Origin: Nitrososphaerota archaeon
GTDB lineage: Archaea > Thermoproteota > Nitrososphaeria_A > Caldarchaeales > Calditenuaceae
Assembly (NCBI GenBank): GCA_038845265.1
Contig: JAWBQR010000013.1
Coordinates: 1 to 25,277 of the forward strand
Reading direction: 5' to 3'
Length of the DNA: 25,277 nucleotides
Shown here: positions 25,085 through 25,277 of the stretch, piece after piece
Layout of the letters: every line of letters starts with the position of its first letter
Numbering within the stretch: the first letter of the stretch is position 1
Translations under genes and position numbers: made by a program
Notes under the pieces: model-generated
The model's database searches: none
What the model saw: the letters and a program-made list of their open reading frames with translations, nothing else
Told to the model about the DNA's origin: nothing

Positions 25085-25092
25085 TATATAAA
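25085..25092 (-). promoter_or_regulatory. TATA box (TTTATATA on minus strand) for the binding-protein/permease operon
   Basis: Centred about 32 nt upstream of ATG 25056, which implies a very short 5' UTR. Confidence 0.4.
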
Positions 25093-25105
25093 CTATGTGT
25101 TGTAA

Positions 25106-25149
25106 ATTAAAATTCTTCAGCATAATGAAATTATAAAAAGAATTTTAAT
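25106..25149. promoter_or_regulatory. 12-bp perfect inverted repeat (ATTAAAATTCTT - 20 nt - AAGAATTTTAAT) just upstream of the transporter TATA box; candidate regulator site
   Basis: Arms at 25106-25117 and 25138-25149 are exact reverse complements by eye. The position relative to the TATA box fits an operator or activator site. Confidence 0.3.
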
Positions 25150-25277
25150 GATAAAAATCATCAGTAATTATTTGTTAAGAAGAAATATTTTTCATAGTAG
25201 AGTAATTCCCTTTCTTTCCAACAAATAACGCATGGTCTGCCTCCATCACAACTTCGTCTCGCTGATTTTTCATAGTA

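Noticed and set aside
25187-25277. A 13-nt direct repeat ATTTTTCATAGTA at 25187-25199 and 25265-25277. A 33-codon minus-strand ORF starts at 25272.
   Set aside because: It is AT-rich, truncated by the window edge, and too short to separate from chance. The ORF has no supporting signals.

Overview
The window looks archaeal and AT-rich. TATA-like boxes sit about 25 nt upstream of the first start codon of transcription units. GGTGA-type Shine-Dalgarno motifs appear mainly in front of operon-internal genes. The solute-binding protein has a Thr-rich linker, and the one GC-rich island looks like an RNA gene.

Left third (1-4.8 kb): housekeeping and hypothetical genes. An RNase Z gene is split by a perfect 62-bp tandem duplication. 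There is an M50 site-2 protease with a PDZ domain, and an unclassified, highly structured RNA of about 190 nt.

Middle (4.8-10 kb): a complete corrinoid-dependent methanol methyltransferase module. It comprises an MtaC-like corrinoid protein, a RACE-type reductive activator with an N-terminal [2Fe-2S] domain, MtaB, and a URO-D/MtaA-like methyltransferase.

Right 15 kb: a sugar or sugar-acid catabolic island. It holds a CUT1-type ABC importer without an ATPase gene, a cupin, an IlvD/Edd dehydratase, an MFS transporter, an Fe-ADH and a family III CoA-transferase. It also holds two Gfo/Idh/MocA paralogues (one motif-degenerate), a xylose-isomerase-like TIM barrel, a DHDPS-family aldolase and a beta-hydroxyacid dehydrogenase.

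I saw no rRNA, tRNA, CRISPR array, transposase or recognisable defence gene. All product calls rest on motif recognition by eye in the supplied translations. No homology search, HMM or folding program was run.
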